This document shows, in pieces, positions 9,629-19,816 of a stretch of DNA of 64,000 bases. Made by a program: the position numbers and the translations under genes. The stretch spans positions 2,951 through 66,950 of the forward strand of contig QNYK01000023.1 in NCBI GenBank assembly GCA_003973385.1. Direction: 5' to 3'. The stretch's first letter is position 1; every line of letters begins with the position of its first letter. Below the pieces are notes generated by a model. It saw only the letters and a list, made by a program, of their open reading frames with translations, had not been told where the DNA came from and made no database searches. This stretch comes from Bacillota bacterium (GTDB lineage: Bacteria; Planctomycetota; UBA8108; UBA1146).

Positions 9629-10697
9629 GGGTAACTCCCCCCTCGAACATCGAGCGGGGGGAGACTTGATCTCCGATTACGATTTTGACCTCCCTTCGCG
9701 ATTGGTAGCCCAGCACCCCGCTGAAGTCCGCTCATCGTCTCGTTGCTTTTTCTGCACTCAGTCCTCCAGCATTCCGACCGAAGCACCCTTTCACTCCATC
9801 GCTGACCGGCTGGTAGGAGATGAACTTCTGGTGGTCAATGACACGCGCGTACTTCCTGCGCGAATCCGCTGCACGAGGAGCAGCGGAGGGGCGGTCGAGG
9901 CCTTCATGCTGCGGCCGCTGGGAGCAGGTCGATGGCAAGCTTGGCTCTCGCCTTCTCGGAGAATCAGGGCTGGAGAATGCCTCCAGACCAGCGGCCCACC
10001 GTTGACCGTGATCGAAAGACGAGGATCTGGCTGGGTGGTCGACCTGGGCCCGGAAGAGATACTGGAACAGATCGGCGAGGTCCCGCTTCCACCCTACATC
10101 CACAGGTCAAAGGAGGAACTTCGCCAGGATGGTCTCGACCGCGAACGCTATCAGACCATCTTCGCCCACCATGGAGGCGCAGTGGCGGCTCCGACCGCAG
10201 GGCTCCACTTCGACGAAAGCCTGATCGAAAAACTGCAATCGAAAGGAGTTCAGATCTTGCCAGTGACTCTGCATGTCGGACCTGGCACCTTTCGGCCGAT
10301 CGAGGCCGAGGTGATCCAGGATCACCGCGTCGACCCGGAGTGGTTCTCGGTCACCACTGAAACCAGGAGTTCTCTCGCCACTGCCAGGGATGAGGGACGC
10401 AAGATCATCGCAGTCGGGACAACCTGCCTGCGAGTACTCGAAAGTATCGGCCCCTTCCAGGCAGGTCCCGCCATCGAGTCCGAAACCGATCTGACCATCC
10501 TTCCAGGACATCGCTTCGAACATGTCGACGGCCTGATCACGAATTTCCATCTACCCAGATCATCTCTACTGGTGCTGGTCTGCTCCTTCCTGGGTCGAAG
10601 CAAGACGCTGAGCATCTACCAGCGTGCGATCGAGGCTGAATTTCGATTCTACTCCTACGGAGATTGCATGGCGATCCTGCCAGAAAACCATCGATGA
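9606..10697 (+). CDS. queA: S-adenosylmethionine:tRNA ribosyltransferase-isomerase.
   Basis: Matches QueA along its length: DYDFDLP, LVVNDTRVLPARI, LPPYI, YQTIFA, GAVAAPTAGLHF, GTFRPIE, VGTTCLRVLES, ITNFHLPRSSLLVLV, YRFYSYGDCM. Start may be the TTG at 9666. Confidence 0.9.
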   Translation: MTRMKRTEGNSPLEHRAGGDLISDYDFDLPSRLVAQHPAEVRSSSRCFFCTQSSSIPTEAPFHSIADRLVGDELLVVNDTRVLPARIRCTRSSGGAVEAFMLRPLGAGRWQAWLSPSRRIRAGECLQTSGPPLTVIERRGSGWVVDLGPEEILEQIGEVPLPPYIHRSKEELRQDGLDRERYQTIFAHHGGAVAAPTAGLHFDESLIEKLQSKGVQILPVTLHVGPGTFRPIEAEVIQDHRVDPEWFSVTTETRSSLATARDEGRKIIAVGTTCLRVLESIGPFQAGPAIESETDLTILPGHRFEHVDGLITNFHLPRSSLLVLVCSFLGRSKTLSIYQRAIEAEFRFYSYGDCMAILPENHR

Positions 10698-11341
10698 CGA
10701 TCCGATGCTGGGCCTGTCGGGCATCGTTCTCAGCGGATCACATTCGCCGCGATGGAATCCTGCGAGGCAGGTCGGCCCGATCGGGCGGACCTTATCGGAT
10801 CTATGGTTGTCCCTCCTGCCGTAAGGAGAACCGCATCGAGAATCTCGCGGATGGCAGTTCATATTGTTCTCCCGCCAAGGAGATCGGAATCCTCGACTGG
10901 CTCTTCGGCTGGATCGAACCTCTCGCACCTGAAGACTTCCTGGAGATTCAGCGTTGGCTTCACCTCCATGCTCGCGAGCGTGAGGCTGTCTTCGATGCCC
11001 TGGGAGATCGGCGCTACACCAGATCGTGGTGGCGCCGGATGCTGACCGTTTTCAATCCACACCGCGAGAGAAGCAGGAAGTCCGTCGATACTGGCCAGGG
11101 GCCATCCCGTGACCCTGAAGATTCGCCTACATCAACACCACTACCTCACCCCTATCGGATCCTGGGATTGCCAGCGGAAGCCACTTCAGAGCAGATCCGC
11201 AACCGTTTTCGGGAGCTGGTGAAAAAGACCCACCCCGATAAGCTCCACGCTGCCAACCCCGAGCAGATCGACACCGCCAGCCGCAGATTGCAGCAGCTGA
11301 TCCTTTCCTATGAAGAACTCAAGAAGCGTGGCCAGGTCTAG
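10694..11341 (+). CDS. J-domain (DnaJ-like) protein with an N-terminal CxxC...CxxC zinc-ribbon.
   Basis: C-terminal YRILGLPAEATSEQIRNRFRELVKKTHPDK is a J-domain with the HPD motif. N-terminus has CWAC...CPSC. The ATG at 10694 overlaps the queA stop. Confidence 0.75.
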   Translation: MTIRCWACRASFSADHIRRDGILRGRSARSGGPYRIYGCPSCRKENRIENLADGSSYCSPAKEIGILDWLFGWIEPLAPEDFLEIQRWLHLHAREREAVFDALGDRRYTRSWWRRMLTVFNPHRERSRKSVDTGQGPSRDPEDSPTSTPLPHPYRILGLPAEATSEQIRNRFRELVKKTHPDKLHAANPEQIDTASRRLQQLILSYEELKKRGQV

Positions 11342-11347
11342 CGGCAG

Positions 11348-12865
11348 TCATCCACCAGCACCTGGCATCCAGTCGAGAGCATGTGTCATGAGTGTCACCA
11401 ACAGAACAACAAGCACTCCGACCAGGTTGAGCACAAACCCACAGCGAATCATCGAGCGAATGCTGACCTTTCCGGTGCCAAACACGATGGCATTTGGCGC
11501 CGTGGCAACAGGCAACATGAAGGCGCAGGAAACCGAAAGTACAGCCGGTAGCATCATGTGGATGGGAGCGATCCCGCCCTGCTGCGCCGCTTCTCTCAGG
11601 ATCGGCATCAGCACATGCATCGAGGCCGTGTTCGAGGTGACCTCGGTCAGAAATGTGGTGGCCAACGAGATGGACAGTACGATTCCCGCGAAAGGCAGAT
11701 CAACCCAGCGGGCCATCAGTCCGCCGAAATAACTGGAGAGTTCGCTGTCCTGAAATGCCCCTCCAATGGCGAAACCGCCACCGAATAGCAGCAGCATCCC
11801 CCAGGGAACCTCTTTCGCCTGGTCCCAGTCGAGCAGGGCTGGGCCCCCCCGCCGCGACGGAATCACGAACAATGTGATGGCAGCAGCGACTGCCACGATG
11901 GAATCGTTGAGATAGAGGTGCGCGGACTCGGCCGGGATGCCGAGCCAACCCGCGAGGAGTCCACTCCAGCCCGGTAACCCTGTCCCGCCTCTGGTGATCC
12001 AGAGGAGAGCGGTGCAGATGAACACGCCCAGGACACGCGCCTCTGCCGACGACATCTTGCCCAGCGACTTGCGCTCTTCCATCAGCGAATCCATCCCCTC
12101 CCTGGAAGATCCAGCGGGAAGTGGCAGCAGAAAGCGGGTCATCAAGAATCCGATGATGGGAACGAAGATCAGCACCAGCGGCAATCCGAAAGGAAGCCAA
12201 TGCAGGAAGTCGATGAGCACCGGTGGATCCAGCTCCTCTGCATTTTTGGTAAAGATGAGGTTTGGTGGAGTACCGATGAGAGTGCCAATCCCCCCTACAT
12301 TCGCACCGTAGGCGGTGCAAAGCAGCAAGCACGTTGTAAAAACCCCTCCCGAAGCACCTGCGCTCTTCTCGGTTCGAATCGCCACCGAGATGGCGATGGG
12401 CATCAGCATCAAGGTTGTTGCGGTGTTGGAGATCCACATCGACAGCATCGCGGATGTGATGAGAAATCCGAATGCCAATCTGCGAGGAGAGGAACCGACA
12501 GTGGTCAAGGTCGCCAGTGCGATTCGACGGTGAAGCCCTGAGCATTCGACCGCTCTCGCCAGCAAGAATCCTCCCAGTAGCAACAGGATCAGGTGGTGGG
12601 AGTAGTACTTTGCAGCCACGGAAGCCTCGCAAACGCCGAGTAGCGGCAGCAGCACCGCAGGCACCAACGAAGCGGCGGGGATGGGGATCGCCTCGGTCAC
12701 CCACCAGGTCACGGTCCAGACCGTGACAAGAAGGGTACCGCGGGCGGCTTCCTCGAGCTCCGCCGGCGCCCCCCAGTATGCTAGCAGACCAAACACCGGG
12801 CCGAGCAAGATGGCTCCGAACTTGACCCCTCGTCCGGTCGATGGCTGAGAGCCGCTGCTGTTCAT
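11348..12865 (-). CDS. DASS/SLC13-type anion:Na+ symporter family permease.
   Basis: 505-aa polytopic membrane protein whose N- and C-halves are internally repeated, as is typical of DASS/ArsB-NhaD superfamily permeases. Confidence 0.75.
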   Translation of the reverse strand: MNSSGSQPSTGRGVKFGAILLGPVFGLLAYWGAPAELEEAARGTLLVTVWTVTWWVTEAIPIPAASLVPAVLLPLLGVCEASVAAKYYSHHLILLLLGGFLLARAVECSGLHRRIALATLTTVGSSPRRLAFGFLITSAMLSMWISNTATTLMLMPIAISVAIRTEKSAGASGGVFTTCLLLCTAYGANVGGIGTLIGTPPNLIFTKNAEELDPPVLIDFLHWLPFGLPLVLIFVPIIGFLMTRFLLPLPAGSSREGMDSLMEERKSLGKMSSAEARVLGVFICTALLWITRGGTGLPGWSGLLAGWLGIPAESAHLYLNDSIVAVAAAITLFVIPSRRGGPALLDWDQAKEVPWGMLLLFGGGFAIGGAFQDSELSSYFGGLMARWVDLPFAGIVLSISLATTFLTEVTSNTASMHVLMPILREAAQQGGIAPIHMMLPAVLSVSCAFMLPVATAPNAIVFGTGKVSIRSMIRCGFVLNLVGVLVVLLVTLMTHALDWMPGAGG

Positions 12866-13012
12866 CTGATCCCTCCGAGCGAAACCTCATTGCTGGTACC
12901 ACGTCTATTCTCTACCTCAAAGCACCTATCCCTGTCACCTGTGTGTCGTGGTACCATCAGTGACTCTCGATCCCAAGAGGAACTGTAGCAGATCGTATCG
13001 GGGAGCCAGCGG

Positions 13013-13513
13013 ATGTCACTTGAGTCGTACCCAGCCCAAACTTCTGCGATACCCTGCTTGAAGTCTGTTTCTCCAGGGAGCCCGATCTTGCAGCAACAAC
13101 TGCGAACCCACCTGTACATCGGGCTGCTACTGCTGTCGGTGCCTCTACTCGGGCTGATCGGTTGCACGACCACCATGCTCCGCCCTGAGGTGATCGACGT
13201 TTCTGAAATCTCCAGAGAAAAGGATGTGAAGACCTTCATGGTGTCCCTCAAGGAAGTTGTGCCCCGGCAGCAATTTCAACAGTGGACGAAGGACCATATC
13301 GAGCAGAATCGCCTCGAGATTGAGAACCCGGACCACGAGAACATTCCCATTTTCGAGCTGCATTACCACTTCGTGCACCGTAGTGGGAGATTTCGAACCC
13401 GAAGAATTGCCTATGTGATGTGGAGAAGATCGGAAGATAATCCGGCTCGATTCGAACACCAGTTCACATATCTCGGTTCGGGGATCCCGATGCAATACTG
13501 GAGATCCCGATGA
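13013..13513 (+). CDS. Small lipoprotein, hypothetical.
   Basis: Signal peptide with lipobox LLGLIGC. The stop overlaps the start of the next gene (ATGA at 13510). Confidence 0.5.
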   Translation: MSLESYPAQTSAIPCLKSVSPGSPILQQQLRTHLYIGLLLLSVPLLGLIGCTTTMLRPEVIDVSEISREKDVKTFMVSLKEVVPRQQFQQWTKDHIEQNRLEIENPDHENIPIFELHYHFVHRSGRFRTRRIAYVMWRRSEDNPARFEHQFTYLGSGIPMQYWRSR

Positions 13514-14841
13514 TTCCACGGTGCTTCTCTCGATCTTCGACCTGCAGCGGAAGATGGCTCGCAACCGGGCTGTTGGTCATGTTGCTGCCGTCGATCTGTG
13601 GCTGTGGAGTTTTCTACAAGCACCGTCTCGAAACCCCGGTCGGCCCGCTCTGGACCAACGGAGATATCGAGACGGCACGGAGATACCAGAAGGATCTCGG
13701 CTGGATGAAAGCCGGGCTTTGCGAGAGGTTACCCATCATCACAACGGGAGTAGGATCCGCTTCGATTCTGCTCAAGACTGAGGATAGGAACCGAATCATC
13801 CGTGAAGATGAGATTCGTACTGCAGGGTGGTACAACCACGCACTGTCTCTGATTCAGTTCACACCCTCCTCTCCGGCAGACCGGATACTTCTGCAACGAC
13901 AGCCAGATCCCTTCGGGCATAGAACACTTCTCCATGAACTCACTCACCACTACACGGCTGGTGACTCCAGGATCAGATCGAAGTGGTGGCTCACCGAGGC
14001 GATCTCCTGTTCGATGGAGAGTTCTTTCCTCGATCACCGCGGCCAGTTTCAGGTCCCACCCCTGCACCCGCTGCAGTATCGCAAGGCGAGAGAAGTGCTT
14101 TCTGATCTGGGACGAGCCCGTTTCACCGAGTTCGCCGAGGAGATCGTTTCGGAGTCATGGCTCGGGTTCTATCGAAATGACGGAGAGATCCCCGCTCGAT
14201 ACGCCATCTCCTGGGCGATCCTCTGGACGTTACAGGATCAGATGTCGGGAACTCACGAGACACGCCTGCTGGCAGTCATCGGACTGAAGAAAGACCAGAT
14301 CGTTGCTCGAATACCCGATGTGATCGAGGCGATCACCCCTTCACTTTCCACCCAGTACCGTCGCTACCTGGAATCTGATCGATACCGACGGTGGGCCATC
14401 GACCAGTGGCTACTCGACGATCGCATCGATGGTCGGGCGATACTGGCTGCCATCGAGGTGGAAATGGTGGATTCGCTCGCCTCAGCGTGGGCATGGTCCT
14501 GTACCACCAACTTGATCCTGAGGACGAGGTCAAGACTCAACCGCAACACCAGAAGCGAATGGCAGCAGAGAATCATTGAACAGCTCGAGAGTGGCACGAT
14601 GGAAGTCAGGCAGGCGATCTGTACCGCGATTCCAGAGTACCGCTGGGCTGATCAGTTGATCCCTGCCCTGATCGAGCTGCTCGAAACGGATCGAGCAGAA
14701 CTGCGAGCCGCTGCTGCAGCCGCACTCTCCAGAATCTCCCGGCATCCCACCATCGTCAATCCTGCCTTCTGGATCTCCGCAGCCGAGAGCGACCGATCGA
14801 GGGAGATCGGAGAATGGCGCACCTGGCTCGGTGAAAACTGA
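13510..14841 (+). CDS. Putative HExxH zinc-metallopeptidase-like lipoprotein with C-terminal HEAT-like repeats.
   Basis: Lipobox LPSICGC. Contains LLHELTHHY (HExxH) followed by TEAIS, a possible third Glu ligand. C-terminus has IPALIELLETDRAELRAAAAAALSRIS, a HEAT/PBS-lyase-like repeat. Confidence 0.5.
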   Translation: MIPRCFSRSSTCSGRWLATGLLVMLLPSICGCGVFYKHRLETPVGPLWTNGDIETARRYQKDLGWMKAGLCERLPIITTGVGSASILLKTEDRNRIIREDEIRTAGWYNHALSLIQFTPSSPADRILLQRQPDPFGHRTLLHELTHHYTAGDSRIRSKWWLTEAISCSMESSFLDHRGQFQVPPLHPLQYRKAREVLSDLGRARFTEFAEEIVSESWLGFYRNDGEIPARYAISWAILWTLQDQMSGTHETRLLAVIGLKKDQIVARIPDVIEAITPSLSTQYRRYLESDRYRRWAIDQWLLDDRIDGRAILAAIEVEMVDSLASAWAWSCTTNLILRTRSRLNRNTRSEWQQRIIEQLESGTMEVRQAICTAIPEYRWADQLIPALIELLETDRAELRAAAAAALSRISRHPTIVNPAFWISAAESDRSREIGEWRTWLGEN

Positions 14842-14932
14842 TTCCAGATGCCATCACCCGGTGACTTGACCGCATCCTCTGCGCCTCCGATGCTGTACAG
14901 TCGATGACCGCTTTCGAAGCAGGAGGAATCCG

Positions 14933-15178
14933 ATGAAGATCAAGGTGTTATTGTTTGCCTCGCTCAGGGATCTTGTTGGCAGTGAGAAGATCGAGGTGGA
15001 ACTGAAAGAGGGAGCATCGGTGAAAGATCTCATCGGAGCGATCACCGCGGAGTATCCCGCCCTCGGTGAACGGCTCGCCTCGACCCGAGTCGCTATCGAC
15101 GACCGTTTTTCAACGGAGTCAGATCCCATCGGTGCCAATTCCGAGGTCGCATTGATTCCACCGGTGAGCGGCGGCTAA
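14933..15178 (+). CDS. moaD: Molybdopterin synthase sulfur-carrier subunit.
   Basis: 81-aa ubiquitin-like protein ending in -GG, MKIKVLLFASLRDLVGS...PPVSGG. Confidence 0.85.
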   Translation: MKIKVLLFASLRDLVGSEKIEVELKEGASVKDLIGAITAEYPALGERLASTRVAIDDRFSTESDPIGANSEVALIPPVSGG

Positions 15179-15180
15179 CC

Positions 15181-15612
15181 GTGACAGACACCGATGACAA
15201 CATCCTGGCACGCCTGGTCAGGGAGCCGATTGAGATCCAGCACATCTCCAGCTGGTTGGGAGAACCGAATTGTGGAGCCGTGCTGCTCTTCTGTGGCAAT
15301 GTCAGGGAGTACAATCGTGGCAAAAGTGTCGCCCGCATCGACTATCACGCTCATGAAACGATGGCTCTATCGGAGTTGAGGAAGGTAGCCCAATTCCTTG
15401 TCCACCATGGCGCCACCAGAGCGGTGGCCATCCATCGGCTCGGGTCATTGGATGTCAGTGAGATGAGTATCCTGCTCGGAATCGCCCTCCCCCATCGCAA
15501 GACTGGATTTGGCCTTCTCGAACAGGGCATGGAGATGATCAAGTCAACCGTGCCGATCTGGAAGCATGAACACTACCAGGATGGAACGGTCGAGTGGATC
15601 GAAGGATCTTGA
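15181..15612 (+). CDS. moaE: Molybdopterin synthase catalytic subunit.
   Basis: 143 aa placed directly after moaD. Motifs GAVLLFCGNVRE and VAIHRLGSLDVSEMSILLG are typical of MoaE. Confidence 0.85.
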   Translation: MTDTDDNILARLVREPIEIQHISSWLGEPNCGAVLLFCGNVREYNRGKSVARIDYHAHETMALSELRKVAQFLVHHGATRAVAIHRLGSLDVSEMSILLGIALPHRKTGFGLLEQGMEMIKSTVPIWKHEHYQDGTVEWIEGS

Positions 15613-15634
15613 TCACGGTTGAGGACAGGTAGAC

Positions 15635-16914
15635 TCAGACCGGGTAGTCCCTCAACTTGACTCCGTTGTAGATCTGGCGCGGCCGATGAATGCGGTCGTC
15701 GGGGTCGGATCGCATCTCCAGCCAGTGTGCAATCCAACCGGGCAACCTTCCGAGCGCAAACATCACCGTGAACATGTTTATTGGAATGCCAATCGCCCGG
15801 TACATGATTCCGGAGTAGAAATCGACATTGGGATACAGGTTCCTGTCGACGAAGTAGGAGTCGTTCAGTGCCACCTCTTCGAGCCTTCTGGCGATGTCGA
15901 GAAGGGGATCCTGAACACCGAGGTGATCGAGCAGGCGATCGCAGGCTTCCTTGATGATCTTTGCGCGCGGGTCGTAGTTCTTGTATACGCGGTGGCCGAA
16001 TCCCATCAGTCGAACCGATGAGTTCTTATCCTTGACCAGTTCGATGTAGCGAGCGACATCCCAATCGCCCTCGTGAATCGTGGCGAGTTGGTCGAGAACC
16101 GCCTGGTTAGCGCCTCCATGGCGTGAACCCCACAGAGAAGTGATCCCTGCTGCGATGCACGCATAGAGGTTCGTCAACGCACTCCCTGCCATTCGAACCG
16201 TCGCCGTCGAACAGTTCTGTTCGTGATCAGCGTGGAGAATCAGCAGTAGGTTGAGGGCCCTCTCCACCTCTGGATCGACATGGTAAGGCTCCGCAGGAAC
16301 TCGAAACATCATGTGCAGGAAATTACCGCAGTAGGAGAGTGAGTTGTCGGGATAGATGAATGGCTGCCCGATGGACTTCTTGAAGGAGAATGAAGCCAGC
16401 GTTCTCACCTTCGAGAGCAACCGGCAGACAGTCAGATCGATGTCGGTGTCCTGCTCAGGGTTCTCGTTCTCCGTATAGAAGGTCGACAGCCCCAGCACCA
16501 TGGCTGACAGAATCGCCATCGGGTGTGCCGAAGATGGAAAACCATCAAAGAAGTGCCGCATGTCTTCATGAATCATCGAGTGGCGCCGTAGACTCTGTCG
16601 GAACTGTTCATACTGTTCCGGAGTCGGCAACTCACCATGGATCAGCAGGTAGGAAGTCTCGACGAAGTTCGAATTTGCGGCCAACTGCTCGATCGGGTAG
16701 CCGCGGTATCGAAGAATCCCTTCTTCTCCATCGATGAAGCAGATGGAACTCTTCGTCATTCCAGTATTCACATATCCAGGATCGAGAGTGATGTATCCGC
16801 TCTGCTTTCGCAGCGAGCTGATATCGATAGCCTTCTCACCTTCTGAACCCGTGAATATCGGGAGTTCAATCTCCTGGTCATCGAGACGAAGGATCGCCTT
16901 TTCCGTCTTTGTCT
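15635..16914 (-). CDS. gltA: Citrate synthase (type II).
   Basis: Aligns end-to-end with E. coli GltA: ILHADHEQNCSTATVR, GFGHRVYKNYDPRA, NVDFYSGI. Start assigned to MDGKTK (16914) by alignment with the GltA N-terminus; the ORF extends to 16978. Confidence 0.9.
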
Positions 16915-17197
16915 TCCCGTCCATCGAGTTCCACGTCCGTCCATCATTACACTGACTTGACTGTAATAGTGTCAGCATGAGTTTCCTGCTCCTGAGATCG
17001 ACCCGACCCAGGAGTGCAGGATGAAGTCATCCAGGGAGACCAACGGGGTACCGCGGCGAGGCGATCACAGGAAAAAATCCAGGCTAGCCAGAGCCGAGGA
17101 GCCCTGTGGGTCCAGGAACCGATCATCGATGCAAAATCATACCGAGGCAAGGGGTTCCACCGGCTGTAACGACAACCTGGCTGCCACCATCGCGTCG

Positions 17198-18865
17198 TCA
17201 AATCCTCGAGGGTTCGGTCCGATCCAACCCATCGAATTGCCAGCCATCGAGGGATCGAGCGATGGGAACCCTGCGCCCGATGCCAAACGCCTGCGGTGAG
17301 ACCCGCAGGATGGGAGCGGACTGGCGACGCTTGTGCTCGCTCGATTCGATCAACTGGACAACACGCTCGACCATCTCCGCATCCGAGCCATTGGCCAGGA
17401 TGTCCCTCGCAGACTGTCTGCCTTCGATCCAGGCCTCGAGAACCTCGTCGAGCTGGTCGTAGGGTGGAAGAGAGTCTTCATCCCGCTGATGGGGTGCCAG
17501 TTCTGCAGAAGGAGGCTTGTCGAGTGTCGCCTCCGGCACACAACCCTTGTGACGCTCCAGTTGCGCGATGGCGTAGACCTCGCGCTTTCTCACATCTCCG
17601 AGCGGAGCCAGGCCTCCGCACATATCACCATAAAGAGTGCAGTACCCGACGGACAACTCGGACTTGTTGCCGGTGGCCAGCACCAATGCTGATTCACGAT
17701 TGGAGATGGTCATCAGCACCGTACCACGGATTCGCGCCTGCAGATTCTCCTGGGCAACACCCCACTCTCCGGTGCCGAGTAGAGGTTCCATCGTCGACCG
17801 AAAGGTCCGATAAACAGGGTCGATCGAGACCTCCTCGAAATCGATGCCAAGCCGTCGGGCCAGATCTCTCGCATCCTCCAGACTGCCTTCCGAGGAGAAC
17901 GGTCCCGGCATCCCGACTCCCAGAACCTTGCTGGCTCCGAGCGCCTTCACCGCCAGCAGCGCAGTCACTGCGGAATCGATGCCGCCTGAGAGTCCGATCA
18001 CTGCCCGATCGATGCCACACTTGAGGAAGTAATCTCTGATTCCCAGGATCAGGGCATCGGAGATCTCCTCCACCTCGCCGATTTCAGCGCCGGTTGGTGG
18101 AGTTGCAGATCTCTGCTCTCCGACGATGCGAACTTCCTCGCTGAAGGCTGGCAACATCTCGACCGATCCATCAGGAGTCGCCAGCAAGCTGGCGCCATCA
18201 AAGATCAACTCGGTATTTCCACCGATCAGGTTGGCGAGAACCACATCGACACCAAAGTGAGTGGCCTGATCGATGAAGAGTTGTCGGCGTACAGCGCTTT
18301 TACCCCGATGAAATGGACTGGCGGAGGGACACAGGATGATCTCAGCACCCGCATCTACCAGTTCCTGTCCTGGATCTCGACTGTAGCCCGGCTGTCCGGG
18401 AACACTGTCGGTCCACAGATCCTCACAGATGGCAATCCCGACCTGACGGCCGCAGATCTGATGCACTTCAACCGCGCCACCGGGCTCAAACGTTCTCGCC
18501 TCGTCAAATACATCATAGGTCGGCAACAAGATCTTGTCGGAGTAACCGACGATGCGTCCCCCCTCGATGACTGCAGCGCTATTGTGAACTGGCCTGGCGG
18601 TACCATCCTGGCTACGGCGAAGAGTTCCGACCACGACCGTAGGTTTCCCTGACAGTTTCCGGGCAAGGTCAACCGTGACCCTCTCCACCGCAGCGATGAA
18701 ATCGGGCCGCGTCACCAGATCGAGGGGCGGGTAACCACAGATCGCCAGCTCGGGGAAGACCACGAGATCAGCAGAGGCGACGGAATCGACCGCATCGACG
18801 ATCCGGTCCCTGTTGCCGACCAGATCGCCAACGGTGGTGTTGATCTGTCCGATGGCGATACGCAC
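17198..18865 (-). CDS. nadE: Glutamine-dependent NAD+ synthetase.
   Basis: N-terminal CN-hydrolase domain (VVFPELAICGYPP) plus C-terminal NAD synthetase PP-loop GLSGGIDSAV; 555 aa. Confidence 0.9.
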   Translation of the reverse strand: MRIAIGQINTTVGDLVGNRDRIVDAVDSVASADLVVFPELAICGYPPLDLVTRPDFIAAVERVTVDLARKLSGKPTVVVGTLRRSQDGTARPVHNSAAVIEGGRIVGYSDKILLPTYDVFDEARTFEPGGAVEVHQICGRQVGIAICEDLWTDSVPGQPGYSRDPGQELVDAGAEIILCPSASPFHRGKSAVRRQLFIDQATHFGVDVVLANLIGGNTELIFDGASLLATPDGSVEMLPAFSEEVRIVGEQRSATPPTGAEIGEVEEISDALILGIRDYFLKCGIDRAVIGLSGGIDSAVTALLAVKALGASKVLGVGMPGPFSSEGSLEDARDLARRLGIDFEEVSIDPVYRTFRSTMEPLLGTGEWGVAQENLQARIRGTVLMTISNRESALVLATGNKSELSVGYCTLYGDMCGGLAPLGDVRKREVYAIAQLERHKGCVPEATLDKPPSAELAPHQRDEDSLPPYDQLDEVLEAWIEGRQSARDILANGSDAEMVERVVQLIESSEHKRRQSAPILRVSPQAFGIGRRVPIARSLDGWQFDGLDRTEPSRI

Positions 18866-18872
18866 GATCTCG

Positions 18873-19646
18873 TTATCCCATCATCCGGAAGCCGCCATCG
18901 ACATAGATGACTTCCCCCGTGATCCCGCTCGCAAGTGGAGAGAGCAGGAAAGTGGCAGTATTTCCGACCTCCTCGGTGGTCACACCTCGGCCCAGGGCGG
19001 ATCGCTTCTCGACCTCGCTAAAGATCTTCGAGAAACCGCTGATCCCACGCGCCGCCAGCGTCTGGATCGGACCCGCGCTGATGGCATTGACCCGGATGCC
19101 TCGCTCGCCCAGATCCATCGCCAGGTAGCGCATACTCGCCTCGAGGCTCGCCTTGGCAACTCCCATGACGTTGTAGCCACGCACAGCACGCTCCGCGCCG
19201 AGGTAACTGAGGGTGATCATCGCCGAACCCGACTCCATGCGGCTCGCCGCCGCTCGCGCAAGTCTGGTGAAGGACCAGGAACTGATATCGTGAGCCTTCA
19301 GCCATCCTTCACGGCTGGTGTCGATGTAGCAGCCCTCCAGGTCCTGCTTGTCTGCAAATCCGATCGAATGCACCAGGAAATCGAGACCACCCCACTTCTC
19401 ATCCACTGCAGCAAACAGTTCTTCGATCTGAGATTCATCACTGACATCGCAGGGGAGTAGTATTTCTCCGTCGACCTGCTCGGCGAGAGGCCGAACACGT
19501 CGCTCCAGCCGCTCTCCCTGGTAGGTAAAACCAAGCCGTGCGCCACCCTGATGGAGTACCTGCGCGATCCCCCAGGCGATGCTGCGGTCATTCGCGACTC
19601 CAAGCACAAGCCCGCGGCGTCCCGAGATGCAATCGGCGAAAGCCAT
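18873..19646 (-). CDS. fabI: Enoyl-[acyl-carrier-protein] reductase (NADH), FabI.
   Basis: GLVLGVANDRSIAWGIA, the YxxxxxxK motif in the YNVMGVAKASLE context, and VNAISAGPI. Start at the MAFADC Met (19646); the ORF extends to 19706. Confidence 0.9.
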   Translation of the reverse strand: MAFADCISGRRGLVLGVANDRSIAWGIAQVLHQGGARLGFTYQGERLERRVRPLAEQVDGEILLPCDVSDESQIEELFAAVDEKWGGLDFLVHSIGFADKQDLEGCYIDTSREGWLKAHDISSWSFTRLARAAASRMESGSAMITLSYLGAERAVRGYNVMGVAKASLEASMRYLAMDLGERGIRVNAISAGPIQTLAARGISGFSKIFSEVEKRSALGRGVTTEEVGNTATFLLSPLASGITGEVIYVDGGFRMMG

Positions 19647-19816
19647 CGGTCCCCCTTTCAGGTACCTCCTTGATCCTAACCCGATGAGCACATCGAAGGG
19701 AGCCATCCGCAGTGGATGATCCAGAGATGGTCAACGCCCCCGGAGACCTCCATCGAGGTCCCCGGGGGCGCCTGTGTTCTCGTATCGATCGGTTCAGGAG
19801 CCTGGCTCCACTCGGA

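Noticed and set aside
11700-12902. 400-aa ORF on the minus strand, in a different frame inside the DASS transporter gene.
   Set aside because: Arg/Gly-rich low-complexity translation typical of an off-frame read of a high-GC gene. The overlapping frame (11348-12865) gives a coherent polytopic transporter.
16915-16978. N-terminal 21-codon extension of gltA (ORF starting at 16978).
   Set aside because: Alignment with GltA N-termini places the start at MDGKTK (16914). The extension (MLTLLQSSQCNDGRTWNS) lies in a low-GC leader with no homology.
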